Shown: piece after piece, positions 30,336-40,603 of the stretch | Position numbering within the stretch: the first letter of the stretch is position 1 | Layout: each line of letters starts with the position of its first letter | NCBI GenBank assembly: GCA_027858615.1 | Contig: JAQICJ010000286.1 | Location: 1,926-65,925, forward strand | DNA length: 64,000 bases | Origin: Deltaproteobacteria bacterium | GTDB lineage: Bacteria > Myxococcota_A > Polyangia > HGW-17 | Reading direction: 5' to 3' | Position numbers and translations under genes: made by a program | The notes under the pieces: generated by a model | Told to the model about the DNA's origin: nothing | The model's database searches: none | Seen by the model: only the letters and a program-made list of their open reading frames with translations

Positions 30336-31274
30336 ATGAAATACTTTATATTTGTAAACATCAAATCAGTACTATTAATTGTTCTTTTTTTCGGTGGATT
30401 GATTTCAGGTTGTGATCAAAATATTTCTGAAAACAATTTTCCCGAGGATTCCCTGCGCTTGCTCTATCAAACAAAAGTTCCCGCAGGTTATGAAAATCTT
30501 ACCATTATAAATGCTGGTTCTAATTCCGGAAGAGTTTATCTGGAAACCGGAAACAATAAAATTTCAGTAATAGAAAAAAATGGGGATTACCAGATTATGG
30601 ATCCAGATTGTAAACTGGTAAGAATCAATCAACAACTTGCTCTTTGTGAAAGTGGTATTCTCTCTCTTGATAGTTATGATTTTAAAAGCTTCCCGAGAGA
30701 TATGGAAAAGTTTAACTTTACCAACGGAGCCATCGGACCAATGGGTAGATTGGTTTATCTTTATGATAAAACAGGAAAATTAAGTTTGACAGATTCCGGT
30801 TGGACCCATGAAGCCAGTGACGACAGCAATCTATTGCTTTGGAAAAAAGGGCGTGAAACCCTGGAAATTATAGCGGGTCATGGCAAGATTCATCTTGGAA
30901 CTGTGAAATTGGCAGGAAAATTGATCGATCTTGAAATCTCAGGGGAAAATATCTTTGTTCTTTATTTGTCAGAAGAAAGAGAAACCTGGGGAATAGAAAC
31001 AATCTCAATAGATAATTACAAAAGATCGGGTGATTTGATTGAGGAAAAAATTACCGCAGGAGTAGCTCCGGTAGATTTTGCTGTTTCCCCCCAACAAAAA
31101 TCAATGGTTATCTTTACTCGAGACAACACAGTTTATTATCTGGATTTGATTACCATTGAATATGAAAAAATAACTCTGCCTTGGCAGGTTGACTATGTCA
31201 TCAATCTCCAAAATAAATTTTTTGCCTGGTCCAGTCAGAACTACGAACTCCACAAGTTGACTAATTGTAACTGA
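30336..31274 (+). CDS. hypothetical lipoprotein
   Basis: GGAG RBS 7 nt upstream of the ATG at 30336. Signal peptide plus lipobox LISGC. No recognisable domain. Confidence 0.5.
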   Translation: MKYFIFVNIKSVLLIVLFFGGLISGCDQNISENNFPEDSLRLLYQTKVPAGYENLTIINAGSNSGRVYLETGNNKISVIEKNGDYQIMDPDCKLVRINQQLALCESGILSLDSYDFKSFPRDMEKFNFTNGAIGPMGRLVYLYDKTGKLSLTDSGWTHEASDDSNLLLWKKGRETLEIIAGHGKIHLGTVKLAGKLIDLEISGENIFVLYLSEERETWGIETISIDNYKRSGDLIEEKITAGVAPVDFAVSPQQKSMVIFTRDNTVYYLDLITIEYEKITLPWQVDYVINLQNKFFAWSSQNYELHKLTNCN

Positions 31275-31380
31275 AATTTTCTGCAGGGCTTTTCCCATTG
31301 TTCAAAAGCTCTTTTTATTGTTTTTTCTTTTAAAACCATCCAATAAATTGTACAAACAGGGCTTAAAATAACTTTAGTAT

Positions 31381-31491
31381 TTAGTTCCCGTTTCAAAAAG
31401 CCAGGTATTCGTCTGAACACGAAAATTTACCTCATCTGCTTTGTCGTAGCTTTTTGAAATAGTGTCAACTATGTCTGAATCGGAAACTATT
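31381..31491. mobile_element. long-type copy A of dispersed TIR element (internally deleted, about 111 bp)
   Basis: Starts TTAGTTCCCG. Shares the conserved core ATTTTACCTCATCTGCTTTGTCGTA...GTGTCAACTATGTCTG with copies B and C. Right end is a degenerate CGGAAACTATTT. Confidence 0.7.
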
Positions 31492-31563
31492 TATCTGTTT
31501 TATCACTTGGATTCTGACCCTTAAATTTATTAATTCAGGATCAGTCAAAGAGAAATAGAGTAT

Positions 31564-33726
31564 ATGTATTCAAATTCAATAAAATATTCCTTTTTCATTC
31601 CTTTTTTTCTTTTCTCATTTTTTTCATGCAGTTCAAACAAGGTGGACAAAACTTCCGTCATCAAAATAAAAATGCCGGAGCAGCCTCTTTTTAAAAAGAA
31701 CAATGCCATTGAAAACCAAAAATTGCCGCTTATTATTGCCTCAGCTCGTTATCATGGCAATAAATGGGGAGTTGATAACTGGAAGCAACTGGAAAAATGG
31801 ATTGAACGCAAAGTTGATAATTATCTGAAATATGAACAGAACGGGAAAGCTTATGAGTTAATGATTCCTTACATGAACATGATGGGCCCGGCTTTTGATA
31901 TTGATCACCAGGTACCTGCTTCCATTGTAAAACAGGCGGAAAGTATCATGGTCAGATTGGAGGCGGCAGGGGACATCAGAAGAACCATGCATTTGTGTTT
32001 GTTTATTAACAAAATCGATGGTGAAAGATGCTCAGAAAAAATGGATCTTCTGGTCAAATGGCTGATTGAATTTGATCGCCTCAAATTTACCCACTGCCTT
32101 GAAGAACAGGACCTCAAAAAGCGTTGTTATGCTACCAGAATGGGTGATGATGTTCTTTTACCCTTAATTTCAAATTGGCCCGGTCGCAAAATGAACAAAA
32201 TCTACTGGCAGTATTATGCGGCTATTATCAATCACAAGGAACTGGTGGATGATATTTCGAATTGGTCCAGTATTATTGATAAATTACCCAAACATGAACA
32301 GGGCAGGTTTTTTGATCGGATTTTATGGCGCCAATTAATTGAAAATGAAGATTTGAGTTTTTTGAAACAAATTTTCAGTAATAGTAAAAACAGAGAAAGA
32401 AATTCTTATCTGGCCAAACTAACCGATCAGATCAAAGATAATAAAAATTCGGTTTTGGCTTTTCACAAATTAGTTGAATATTTTGCCGTCAAATTCAAAT
32501 CAGCTTATAAAATGCAGATATGTAACCTGGTTCCAGAAGAGATTGAAAAATCGGGAATAAAAGAAATGTGCAAGGCTCTGAACATTTTTTCAATTTATGA
32601 CAGCTTGCAGGCTCGTGCCTATCTGCTGGATATCATAAACATCAATCCTTCCTGGGAAGGAGCTTGGGATAAATTGTTCAAGCTCACTCTGATGAGATTC
32701 TACAAATTTATCGAAAATGAAGATTTGGATAATGCTCGCAAGGAGGTGGAATTTTTTCAAAAGATCTTTCAAAGGATGAATCAGATCTGGCCCGACGAAG
32801 ATAATCACAAATATCAGGCAGAGATAGCAATTTCATTGAGTAACCTGTATCAGACCAGGGGCAATCCTGATCGTGCCCGAAAAATTCTGAAAAAAGCTTT
32901 TGCCCGTTCCAAAAATTTCGGACTTTTGGATGAGTTGATAAAACTTGAATATTGGGATGGCAATTATCAAAAAGCCCTGGATTATTTTGAAGAATACAAC
33001 AAAATATCCGAAAATCGGAATTATGCGATGATCCGTTATATGCTTATGGGCAGTTATCTGGGCAGGATCCTGGATAGGATGGGCAAAGACCAGCGAGCTA
33101 AATATACAAGGATGAAAATAATTCGTTACCTCGGTAAGATAGTCAAAGCGGTCAAACACAATCAGGCCAAAAACAAAATCATGTATGTGGCAGGTAATCT
33201 CTACCTGGAATTGGGCAGACCCAAGATGGCGGTTCAAATATATCAATATATAATAGAACGGCAGGGCAGTTGCAGTAATTTGATGCCCATACTGCGCAAT
33301 TTAAGCCAGCGAGGTTATTTCAACGATTCCCTTGATATTTATTACTCTATTCTGGGTTCAAAAATGTGTTCGGAAAACAGAAAGGTTTATGCATCCTTTC
33401 TCATTTATCTTCAGGGATTGCAAAAGAAAGCAGAGAGTTCCAAATTGGAAATAGCGGTAAATTACATCAATAGTTACAGAGGAAGTAAATGGCTCGAAGA
33501 AATAGCTAATTATATCAGTGGAAAGACAAGTTTTGCCGCTTTGCTGAGTAATGCCGATTCTCCCGGTAGAAAGACTGAAGCCTGGTTTTATGGTGCCTTG
33601 AAGGTTTGGGGTGAAAAAGGCTGGAAAGAAGCAAAAAAAAGGCTGGCTAAAGCAACTTCCCAAAAAGTATATATCTTCATAGAGCATTTCTATGCAGATT
33701 TTTTACTTTCCCGGAAACAGGACTAG
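31564..33726 (+). CDS. hypothetical lipoprotein, 720 aa, helical-repeat (TPR-like) rich
   Basis: Signal peptide with lipobox FFSCSS, and W/Y-rich helical repeats. No catalytic motif recognised. Confidence 0.5.
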   Translation: MYSNSIKYSFFIPFFLFSFFSCSSNKVDKTSVIKIKMPEQPLFKKNNAIENQKLPLIIASARYHGNKWGVDNWKQLEKWIERKVDNYLKYEQNGKAYELMIPYMNMMGPAFDIDHQVPASIVKQAESIMVRLEAAGDIRRTMHLCLFINKIDGERCSEKMDLLVKWLIEFDRLKFTHCLEEQDLKKRCYATRMGDDVLLPLISNWPGRKMNKIYWQYYAAIINHKELVDDISNWSSIIDKLPKHEQGRFFDRILWRQLIENEDLSFLKQIFSNSKNRERNSYLAKLTDQIKDNKNSVLAFHKLVEYFAVKFKSAYKMQICNLVPEEIEKSGIKEMCKALNIFSIYDSLQARAYLLDIININPSWEGAWDKLFKLTLMRFYKFIENEDLDNARKEVEFFQKIFQRMNQIWPDEDNHKYQAEIAISLSNLYQTRGNPDRARKILKKAFARSKNFGLLDELIKLEYWDGNYQKALDYFEEYNKISENRNYAMIRYMLMGSYLGRILDRMGKDQRAKYTRMKIIRYLGKIVKAVKHNQAKNKIMYVAGNLYLELGRPKMAVQIYQYIIERQGSCSNLMPILRNLSQRGYFNDSLDIYYSILGSKMCSENRKVYASFLIYLQGLQKKAESSKLEIAVNYINSYRGSKWLEEIANYISGKTSFAALLSNADSPGRKTEAWFYGALKVWGEKGWKEAKKRLAKATSQKVYIFIEHFYADFLLSRKQD

Positions 33727-33829
33727 TACTAACGATTTTACGGATGAGATTGCAATACTGCTTGGTTGTAGAGGGTGTTTTCCTTAAAATCGATAGTTCC
33801 CCTTTACTTTTCTTTGTGGAAATAAAATT

Positions 33830-35167
33830 TTAGAAATAGGGTTTGAGCAGGGTGGTTCCAGGATATCTTGAGGAGCTTCCCAATTCTTCTTCAATTCTGA
33901 TCAATTGATTGTATTTGGCTGTGCGATCGGAACGTGAAGTTGAACCGGTTTTGATCATTCCGGTGCCCATGGCTACCACAAAGTCAGCTATGAAATAATC
34001 TTCAGTTTCGCCGCTGCGATGAGAAACTACAGAAGTATAGCCGTTTTCTTTGGCCTGACTGATTGTATTGATGGTTTCAGTTACAGTGCCGATTTGATTG
34101 AGTTTGATCAGTATGGAATTGGCAATATTTTCTGAGATGCCCTTTCCCAGTCTTTTAGTATTGGTTACAAAAAGATCATCGCCCACTATCTGAGTTTTGT
34201 GACCGATAAGCTCGGTAAGTTGTTTCCAGCCATCCCAGTCGTCTTCGGCCATGGGATCTTCAAGGTTGAAAATCATGGGATATTTATTGATAAGATCGTC
34301 CCAGAAATGAACCATTTCCTCAATAGTAAGAATTTCTCCCGAGGATTTCCAGAATTTGTATCCTTTTTTATTATCTTTTTCAGCCTGGATCCACATTTCT
34401 GAAGCAGCCGCGTCAATGGAAATAACTATCTGGGGATTATCTTTCAAGTTACCGGTGGTATATCCTGCCTGATTAATTGATTCAAGAATAAGATCAAGGG
34501 CTTCATTGGGTGATCTTAAAGAAGGAGCATAACCGCCTTCGTCTCCTACACTGGTGTTGTAGTTGTTTTTTTTCAGAACTTTTTTCAATTGGTGGAAGAT
34601 TTCGCTGACCCAACGAATTCCTTCGGTAAAATTGGAGGCTCCAACAGGCATTACCATAAATTCTTGAATATCAACTGTGCCATCAGCATGTCCGCCACCG
34701 TTCAGGATGTTAGCCATGGGTACAGGCAGGGTTCTGGCATCAATACCGCCAAGATATCTGTAAAGAGGGATCTTGAGAAAGTTAGCAGCTGCTCTGGCTA
34801 CGGCCATAGAAACTGCTAAAATGCCGTTGGCCCCAAGTCTTTCTTTATTTTCTGTTCCATCAGCTTCAATGAGAGCCTGGTCGATAGCAGCTTGATCGAG
34901 AGCATTTAAATCCTGGATTGCATCAAAAAGCTGTCTTTCTACATGATCAACTGCATTCTGGACACCTTTGCCGCCGTATCTGTCTTTATTTTTGTCTCTT
35001 AATTCGTGGGCTTCGTGAATTCCGGTTGAAGCACCGGAGGGAGTGGCTGCTCTTCCCATGGAACCGTTTTTAAGATAAACATCAACCTCAACAGTGGGGT
35101 TCCCACGAGAATCGAGAATTTCTCTGGCTTTTACTGTATCTATACTGCTTGGGCAAAAATTTAACAT
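33830..35167 (-). CDS. eno: enolase (phosphopyruvate hydratase)
   Basis: [25 protein letters not shown] and C-terminal SHRSGETED motifs. Confidence 0.95.
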   Translation of the reverse strand: MLNFCPSSIDTVKAREILDSRGNPTVEVDVYLKNGSMGRAATPSGASTGIHEAHELRDKNKDRYGGKGVQNAVDHVERQLFDAIQDLNALDQAAIDQALIEADGTENKERLGANGILAVSMAVARAAANFLKIPLYRYLGGIDARTLPVPMANILNGGGHADGTVDIQEFMVMPVGASNFTEGIRWVSEIFHQLKKVLKKNNYNTSVGDEGGYAPSLRSPNEALDLILESINQAGYTTGNLKDNPQIVISIDAAASEMWIQAEKDNKKGYKFWKSSGEILTIEEMVHFWDDLINKYPMIFNLEDPMAEDDWDGWKQLTELIGHKTQIVGDDLFVTNTKRLGKGISENIANSILIKLNQIGTVTETINTISQAKENGYTSVVSHRSGETEDYFIADFVVAMGTGMIKTGSTSRSDRTAKYNQLIRIEEELGSSSRYPGTTLLKPYF

Positions 35168-35203
35168 ATGAATCTCCTTGTTGATTGGGATACAATCAAT
35201 TGA

Positions 35204-35374
35204 TAGTCAGTTCCCATTTCAAAATGGATGTCATCGTCTGGCGACGGAATTTTACCTCATCTGCTTTGTCGTAACTTCTTGATATAGTGTCAACTATGTC
35301 TGCGAAGTTACTCCTCGCATCTGAGGCAAACTTCTTCACCATCCAAAAACACCACTTCTGGGACGGGAACTAGT
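35204..35374. mobile_element. long-type copy B of dispersed TIR element (about 171 bp) in the divergent eno / uvrA-like promoter region
   Basis: Left end AGTTCCCATTTCAAAA, conserved core, right end CCACTTCTGGGACGGGAACTAGT. Confidence 0.75.
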
Positions 35375-35562
35375 AAGTCACTTTGGCCTTGATAATAACC
35401 GTAAAGTAGTAAAACACTAATTTGTGCCTGTTTCAGACAAATAATGTCTGAATTCAGACCTGCGGCTTATTGTTAATTAACTTATTTGTAAAAATATGTA
35501 AATATAATTGTAGAAAATTACTATTTTGCAACCAAAAAATCAAAAAACCAAGAAAGCAGATA

Positions 35563-37977
35563 ATGAAAGCAAAAGAGCTGGCCCTTTACAACGTTACCAC
35601 CCATAATCTCAAAGGAATAGATATTAAGATTCCCCATAACCAACTTGTTTTGATTACCGGAGTTTCCGGTTCGGGAAAATCGTCTCTGGTTTTTGATACT
35701 GTTCATGCCGAAGGGAGATTTCGCTATCTTGAAACTTTGAGTGATGATTTGGGAGCTTTTATCAAAAGAAGAGAAAGACCCAATCTCAATAATTGCACCG
35801 GGTTGACTCCTACAGTTATTTTAGAGCAAAAAAAACAAAGATATCGCTCCAGAACCACGGTGGGCGGAATAACCGAAATATTCAATTTCATAAAACTTCT
35901 CTATACAAATTTTTCCATTCCTTTTTGTCCCCAATGTAATCTTGAACTTACCCCCCATGATGTGGAAGATGTTGTTTCAAAAATCATCCAAAAACCAAAG
36001 GGTAGCAAAATCATTATCACAGCTCCCCTTTCCCGGAGTATTGATGAGAAGACTCTTGAGCTTCTGCGCAGAAAAGGCTTTGCCAGAATATACAGTGGGG
36101 GTGAATACCATGATATTTACGAAGATTTTGAATTGGCAGGGGAACAGGATCTGGAAGTTGTAATTGACAGGTTGATTCTCAAACCAAAATCTGCCCAGAG
36201 ACTATCAGGAAGCATTGAACAGGCCTATCGTCTTTCCGATGGTCGGGTTCGTTTGCGGCTGGAAGAAGAAGTGTTGGATTTTTTGGCCAGAAGGGAATGT
36301 CCCCATTGCGGAATAGTATTACCAGAAGCAGATCTTCGTCTTTTTTCACGATTTGTGGAACCGGGTCTTTGCTCCGTTTGCGAAGGAAGGGGACTGGTGG
36401 AAGCAGAAGTTTGTGAATCATGTCAGGGCAGTGGATATGATAAGAATGTACTGGCTTACAGGTTTGGAGGCATAGATATCTTTCAACTGGGACAACTTCC
36501 TTTGCATCAACTTGAAGATTTTCTCACCAAAAATTGTTCTGAGGATTCTCGTATTCCAGATTCCTTGCTGATGCCAATCTTTGACCGTCTTCAACTTCTG
36601 ACCAGACTGGATTTGGATTATCTCAAACTTGATCGCAGAGCCAATACTCTTTCTGATGGAGAATTGCAACTGCTCCAGATTGCCTCTTTCATGCATTCAT
36701 CCCTCACTTTTGTCACCTATATTCTGGATGAACCCACCCAGGGACTTACCCCCAAAGAATTGCCCAAACTTTTGTGGTTGCTGGAACAACTTAAAAACAA
36801 CGGCAATTCCGTTTTGATAGTTGAGCACAATCCGTTTTTTTTGAATTTTGTCGATTATATCATAGAGCTTGGTCCCGGTGCTGGAGAAAAAGGAGGGACA
36901 GTGATCCATTCCGGTTCCCTGGAAAAACTTCTCCAGAATCCAGATTCCACAACAGCTGTCTGGTTGCAGAAATTTCGGGATTTTAGTGCCCAGAGTTCAA
37001 ACTCAAGCGAGAATTCACCACCTGGAAAAAATCTGAACCAACTTGAATTTGGTTTTTCCAAGTTGAATTACAGAATTTTCAAAAATTTCCGATTGAAATT
37101 ACCCTTCAACCAATGGACAGTTGTAACAGGTCCGGTAGGCAGTGGTAAAACAACGTTACTTCAGGAAATTCTGGCTCCCCTGTTCAGCGGGGATTTCCAA
37201 GTTAAGGCTCCTGTTTGCCAACAGGTGTTTGGCAGGGAATATTTTCCCGGTGGTATGAGTTGTGTAGACTTCAAAAGCACTACTTCCCATCCCCATTCCC
37301 ATATTGCCAGTTATCTCGGAGTATGGAAATATTTGAGGGATCTCTTCGCTTCAGTTTCCCTTGCAAAAATCAGGGGTTATAAAAGCAGCAGGTTTTCAGT
37401 CAGCAAAAAGGGAGGCCGCTGCGAAAAATGCAAAGGGACCGGAGTCAATATTATTGAATTGGGTTTGCTGTCCGAGGTAGAATTGCCTTGCGAAAAATGC
37501 AAAGGGACCGGTTACAACAGCGAAACCAGAGAAATAATGTACCGGGGTTACAGCATTGACAGAGTTTTGAACTTCAGTGTGGACAGAGCCGCCGAATTTT
37601 TCAGTTTTTCCCGCAAGATCTCCCGCAAACTGGCGCTGCTTCAGCAAACAGGACTGGGGTATCTTCGGTTGGGACAGAAAATTAAAACCCTTTCAGGAGG
37701 AGAAGTACAACGACTTAAGCTTTGCCGGGATCTGGCCAAAGTCAGGAAGAACTCCAGCCTTTATCTGCTTGATGAACCGGCCCGCGGTCTTCATCTCAAA
37801 GATATTTTTCATCTGGCTCAATTGTTCAAACGCCTGGTCATGGAGGGTCATACGGTAATTACCACCGATCATAGCGAATTATTGCTTCCCTGGTGTGATC
37901 ATCGAGTTCAACTCAAGGGAACACCGGAGGAAAGATACAAAAAGAAAGAAGAAACTGCTTCTTTATCCTGTCGGTAA
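35563..37977 (+). CDS. UvrA-family ABC ATPase, short form (about 805 aa; class-II-like UvrA paralog apparently lacking the UvrB-binding domain)
   Basis: UvrA signature N-terminus (HNLKGIDIKIPHNQLVLITGVSGSGKSSLVFDTVHAEGRFRYLETLS). Second Walker A GPVGSGKTT, Zn-finger Cys pairs (CEKCKGTG x2), LSGGE signatures. About 135 aa shorter than canonical UvrA. Confidence 0.8.
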   Translation: MKAKELALYNVTTHNLKGIDIKIPHNQLVLITGVSGSGKSSLVFDTVHAEGRFRYLETLSDDLGAFIKRRERPNLNNCTGLTPTVILEQKKQRYRSRTTVGGITEIFNFIKLLYTNFSIPFCPQCNLELTPHDVEDVVSKIIQKPKGSKIIITAPLSRSIDEKTLELLRRKGFARIYSGGEYHDIYEDFELAGEQDLEVVIDRLILKPKSAQRLSGSIEQAYRLSDGRVRLRLEEEVLDFLARRECPHCGIVLPEADLRLFSRFVEPGLCSVCEGRGLVEAEVCESCQGSGYDKNVLAYRFGGIDIFQLGQLPLHQLEDFLTKNCSEDSRIPDSLLMPIFDRLQLLTRLDLDYLKLDRRANTLSDGELQLLQIASFMHSSLTFVTYILDEPTQGLTPKELPKLLWLLEQLKNNGNSVLIVEHNPFFLNFVDYIIELGPGAGEKGGTVIHSGSLEKLLQNPDSTTAVWLQKFRDFSAQSSNSSENSPPGKNLNQLEFGFSKLNYRIFKNFRLKLPFNQWTVVTGPVGSGKTTLLQEILAPLFSGDFQVKAPVCQQVFGREYFPGGMSCVDFKSTTSHPHSHIASYLGVWKYLRDLFASVSLAKIRGYKSSRFSVSKKGGRCEKCKGTGVNIIELGLLSEVELPCEKCKGTGYNSETREIMYRGYSIDRVLNFSVDRAAEFFSFSRKISRKLALLQQTGLGYLRLGQKIKTLSGGEVQRLKLCRDLAKVRKNSSLYLLDEPARGLHLKDIFHLAQLFKRLVMEGHTVITTDHSELLLPWCDHRVQLKGTPEERYKKKEETASLSCR

Positions 37978-38010
37978 TTTGCAGTTATTTTCTGTTTTAG
38001 AATTGAAAAA

Positions 38011-38550
38011 GTGAGAGAAAAAGATATGGACAAGCTACAGATTATATTTTTGATAGCAGCCTTTGGGTTGGGGATTCTTATCTACCGGGTTTTAGCTGTA
38101 TATTTTAAAAAACTCAGGGGTAAAAAATATTATAAACGGGGACAAAAGGGCGAGGTCAAAGCGGAAAAGCTACTGAAAAAAGCAGGTTGGCATATTATTA
38201 AAAGACAGCCAAAAAAAAAGGGAAAACTGGTTTTAGACGGCCAAGAGTTAGAATATAAGGTTCAAGCGGATTTTTTAGTGGAGAAAGGCAAGATCAGAGC
38301 CATAGTGGAAGTGAAAACAGGAAAATCAGCCCTGAAGCCTGCCACCGGAAAAGTTCGTCGCCAGCTTTTTGAATATTACCATCTTTACCAGGAGGACAAG
38401 CTTATTTTTGTGGATGCACCGGCCGGCAAGCTGGTGGAAGTTGCTTTTCCTGAAGCCGGTACAATCAATAAATTCCATCGGATCTTCTGGTTTATTGCAG
38501 GTAATCTTACGGCTCTGGCGAGTATTTATCTTCTGATTGAAGTTCTTTAA
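38011..38550 (+). CDS. membrane-anchored NERD/PD-(D/E)xK nuclease-fold protein (hypothetical)
   Basis: N- and C-terminal hydrophobic helices. Core GEVKAEKLLKKAGWHII...ADFLVEKGKIRAIVEVKTGK resembles the D...E-x-K restriction-endonuclease-like fold. Confidence 0.45.
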   Translation: MREKDMDKLQIIFLIAAFGLGILIYRVLAVYFKKLRGKKYYKRGQKGEVKAEKLLKKAGWHIIKRQPKKKGKLVLDGQELEYKVQADFLVEKGKIRAIVEVKTGKSALKPATGKVRRQLFEYYHLYQEDKLIFVDAPAGKLVEVAFPEAGTINKFHRIFWFIAGNLTALASIYLLIEVL

Positions 38551-38660
38551 AATCAAAAAAAGAAGTCAGCTTTTCAGAAGAAGGACTTTTTGCTATGGTT
38601 CATTTATTAGTTTTGACAATTTTTTTACCTGTCGCAAGTTAGAATTCAATCAACTTGTGG

Positions 38661-38714
38661 TTAGTTAGTTCCCGTCACCAGTCAAAAACCCCCATTCTGG
38701 GAAGGGAACTAGTT
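38661..38714. repeat. short-type (about 54 bp) copy of TIR element: TTAGTTCCCGTCACCAG-TCAAAAA-CCCCCATTCTGGGAAGGGAACTAGTT
   Basis: Both terminal repeats are present with the internal core deleted. Predicted hairpin. Confidence 0.7.
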
Positions 38715-38728
38715 ACAAAGGAGACAAA

Positions 38729-40567
38729 ATGCAGACAAAATATTTATTTAACCTGTTGTTGGCTGGTTTTCTTCTGATAATGGGATGCAAATCCGGACAA
38801 GACAAAGAAGCAACGGGCAATAAGCCTGAAAAAGCGGACAAAAAAACAGTCGGTGCTAAAACCAAAATAAATAACAAACAGATTGAGAAAAAAGCAATGA
38901 TCAAAGAAGTCCAAAAATTCATGGCTGCATACAACCAGGAATTTGCTAACTTTGAACTGGTTGAAACCACAACTTATTGGGCAGCTGCAAACTCAGGCAA
39001 AAAAGAAGATTGGGATAAAAATGCCCAGGCTAAAATCAAACTTAAGCAGTTTCACAGTGATAAGAAAAAATACGAACAAATTCAGAAGTATCTCCAGCAG
39101 AAAAAGATCTTTCCCCCTCTTTTGCAAAGATCCCTGAAAATTGCTAAGTTGGCTTTCAGTGAAAATCAACTGCCTGAAAAAGAACTGAAGCAAATGGTCA
39201 AGGCCGAAAAGGAAATTGAAAGGGCTTTTTCTGCTTTCAGGGGCAAGATTGGGGAAAAGGAATTTTCCAACAATGAGCTTTTGCAAATGCTCAAAAAAGA
39301 AAAAGACAGTAAAAAACGCAAAGAAATCTGGAATGCCCTCAAGAGTACCGGCGAAAAAGTTGGTGACATGTTGATCCAACTGGCCAAAAAAAGAAATAAA
39401 GCAGCCAAAACCCTTGGTTTTAAAAACTATTGGGAGATGAAGATCAAACTGCAGGAACACGACCCGGATCAAGTTCTCAAATTGTTTACAGAACTTGACA
39501 AACTGACTGTTGCACCATTCAAACAGGTAAAGGCTGAAATTGACAAAGAGATAGCGAAAAAACTCAATCTCAAAGGGGCTGAACAGGTTCAGGCCTGGCA
39601 TTACAATAATCCCTTTTTCCAGGAAGCCCCCCCTTCAAAAGAAGTAGATCCCGACATTTTTTACAAGGACAAGAAGAAAGAAGAAATCGTCCAGATAGCC
39701 AGCAAATTCTTCGAAGATATTGCTCTTCCCATCGATGATATTGTTTCAAGAAGCGATCTTTATGAAAGAAAGGGCAAGGACCAGCACGCTTTTTGTATTA
39801 CCATCAATCGCTCAGAAGATGTCAGAACCCTGCTCAATATCAAAGCTTCAGCCAAGTGGATGGACACTATGCTGCACGAAGCCGGGCATGCGGTTTACTA
39901 TAAATTTATCAAAAGGGAATTGCCCCACAATTTAAAAGAAGCTGCCCATATTTTAACCACCGAAGGAATAGCTATGATGTTCGGGGCTTTGGCCAAAAAC
40001 CAGCATTTTCTCAAGAAGTATGTTGAGGCTAAAGATGTAGACAAATACAAAGATGCACTGCTTGAACAAAGACGGCGGGAACAGCTCATTTTCACCAGAT
40101 GGGTTCTGGTGATGTTTAATTTTGAAAGGCAATTTTATCTGAATCCTGATCAGAATTTGAATTCTCTGTGGTGGAAACTGGTAAACAAATATCAACTCAT
40201 TCCCGTTCCCGAAAACAGAAACAAAGCTGATTGGGCTTCAAAACCCCATTTTACAATAGCTCCGGTTTATTATCACAATTATCTCATGGGTGAGCTTTTT
40301 GCCGCTCAATTGCGGAAAAAACTATCAGCACTCGACGGTTACAAAGGTAATCCCGCAGCTCTTAATTTTAATGGCAAGAAAAAATTCGGTGCATTTTTGA
40401 AGAAGGAACTTTTTGCCCCCGGTGCCAGTAAAGAGTGGAATCAACTGGTTAAAGAGGTAACTGGTTCAGAACTTTCAGCTCGAGCTTTTGCCAACGAAGT
40501 AAATTGGAAAAAAGAAGCGACTCCGGCCAAGAAAACCAAAAAAGTCAAAAAAACCAAAAATCCCTGA
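38729..40567 (+). CDS. zinc metallopeptidase lipoprotein (HExxH; M2/M3-like oligopeptidase or dipeptidyl carboxypeptidase family)
   Basis: Lipobox IMGC. A single HEAGH zinc-binding motif in MDTMLHEAGHAVYYKF, and a long helical body typical of M2/M3 peptidases. Confidence 0.65.
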   Translation: MQTKYLFNLLLAGFLLIMGCKSGQDKEATGNKPEKADKKTVGAKTKINNKQIEKKAMIKEVQKFMAAYNQEFANFELVETTTYWAAANSGKKEDWDKNAQAKIKLKQFHSDKKKYEQIQKYLQQKKIFPPLLQRSLKIAKLAFSENQLPEKELKQMVKAEKEIERAFSAFRGKIGEKEFSNNELLQMLKKEKDSKKRKEIWNALKSTGEKVGDMLIQLAKKRNKAAKTLGFKNYWEMKIKLQEHDPDQVLKLFTELDKLTVAPFKQVKAEIDKEIAKKLNLKGAEQVQAWHYNNPFFQEAPPSKEVDPDIFYKDKKKEEIVQIASKFFEDIALPIDDIVSRSDLYERKGKDQHAFCITINRSEDVRTLLNIKASAKWMDTMLHEAGHAVYYKFIKRELPHNLKEAAHILTTEGIAMMFGALAKNQHFLKKYVEAKDVDKYKDALLEQRRREQLIFTRWVLVMFNFERQFYLNPDQNLNSLWWKLVNKYQLIPVPENRNKADWASKPHFTIAPVYYHNYLMGELFAAQLRKKLSALDGYKGNPAALNFNGKKKFGAFLKKELFAPGASKEWNQLVKEVTGSELSARAFANEVNWKKEATPAKKTKKVKKTKNP

Positions 40568-40603
40568 ATCCAAAATTCAATATTAAAAAACAAAGATCAG
40601 GGG

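Noticed and set aside
33790-33806. GATAGTTCCCCTTT near the eno 3' end as another copy of the TIR element
   Set aside because: Only about 10 nt resemble the element's left end, and there is no partner repeat. This is too short to call.
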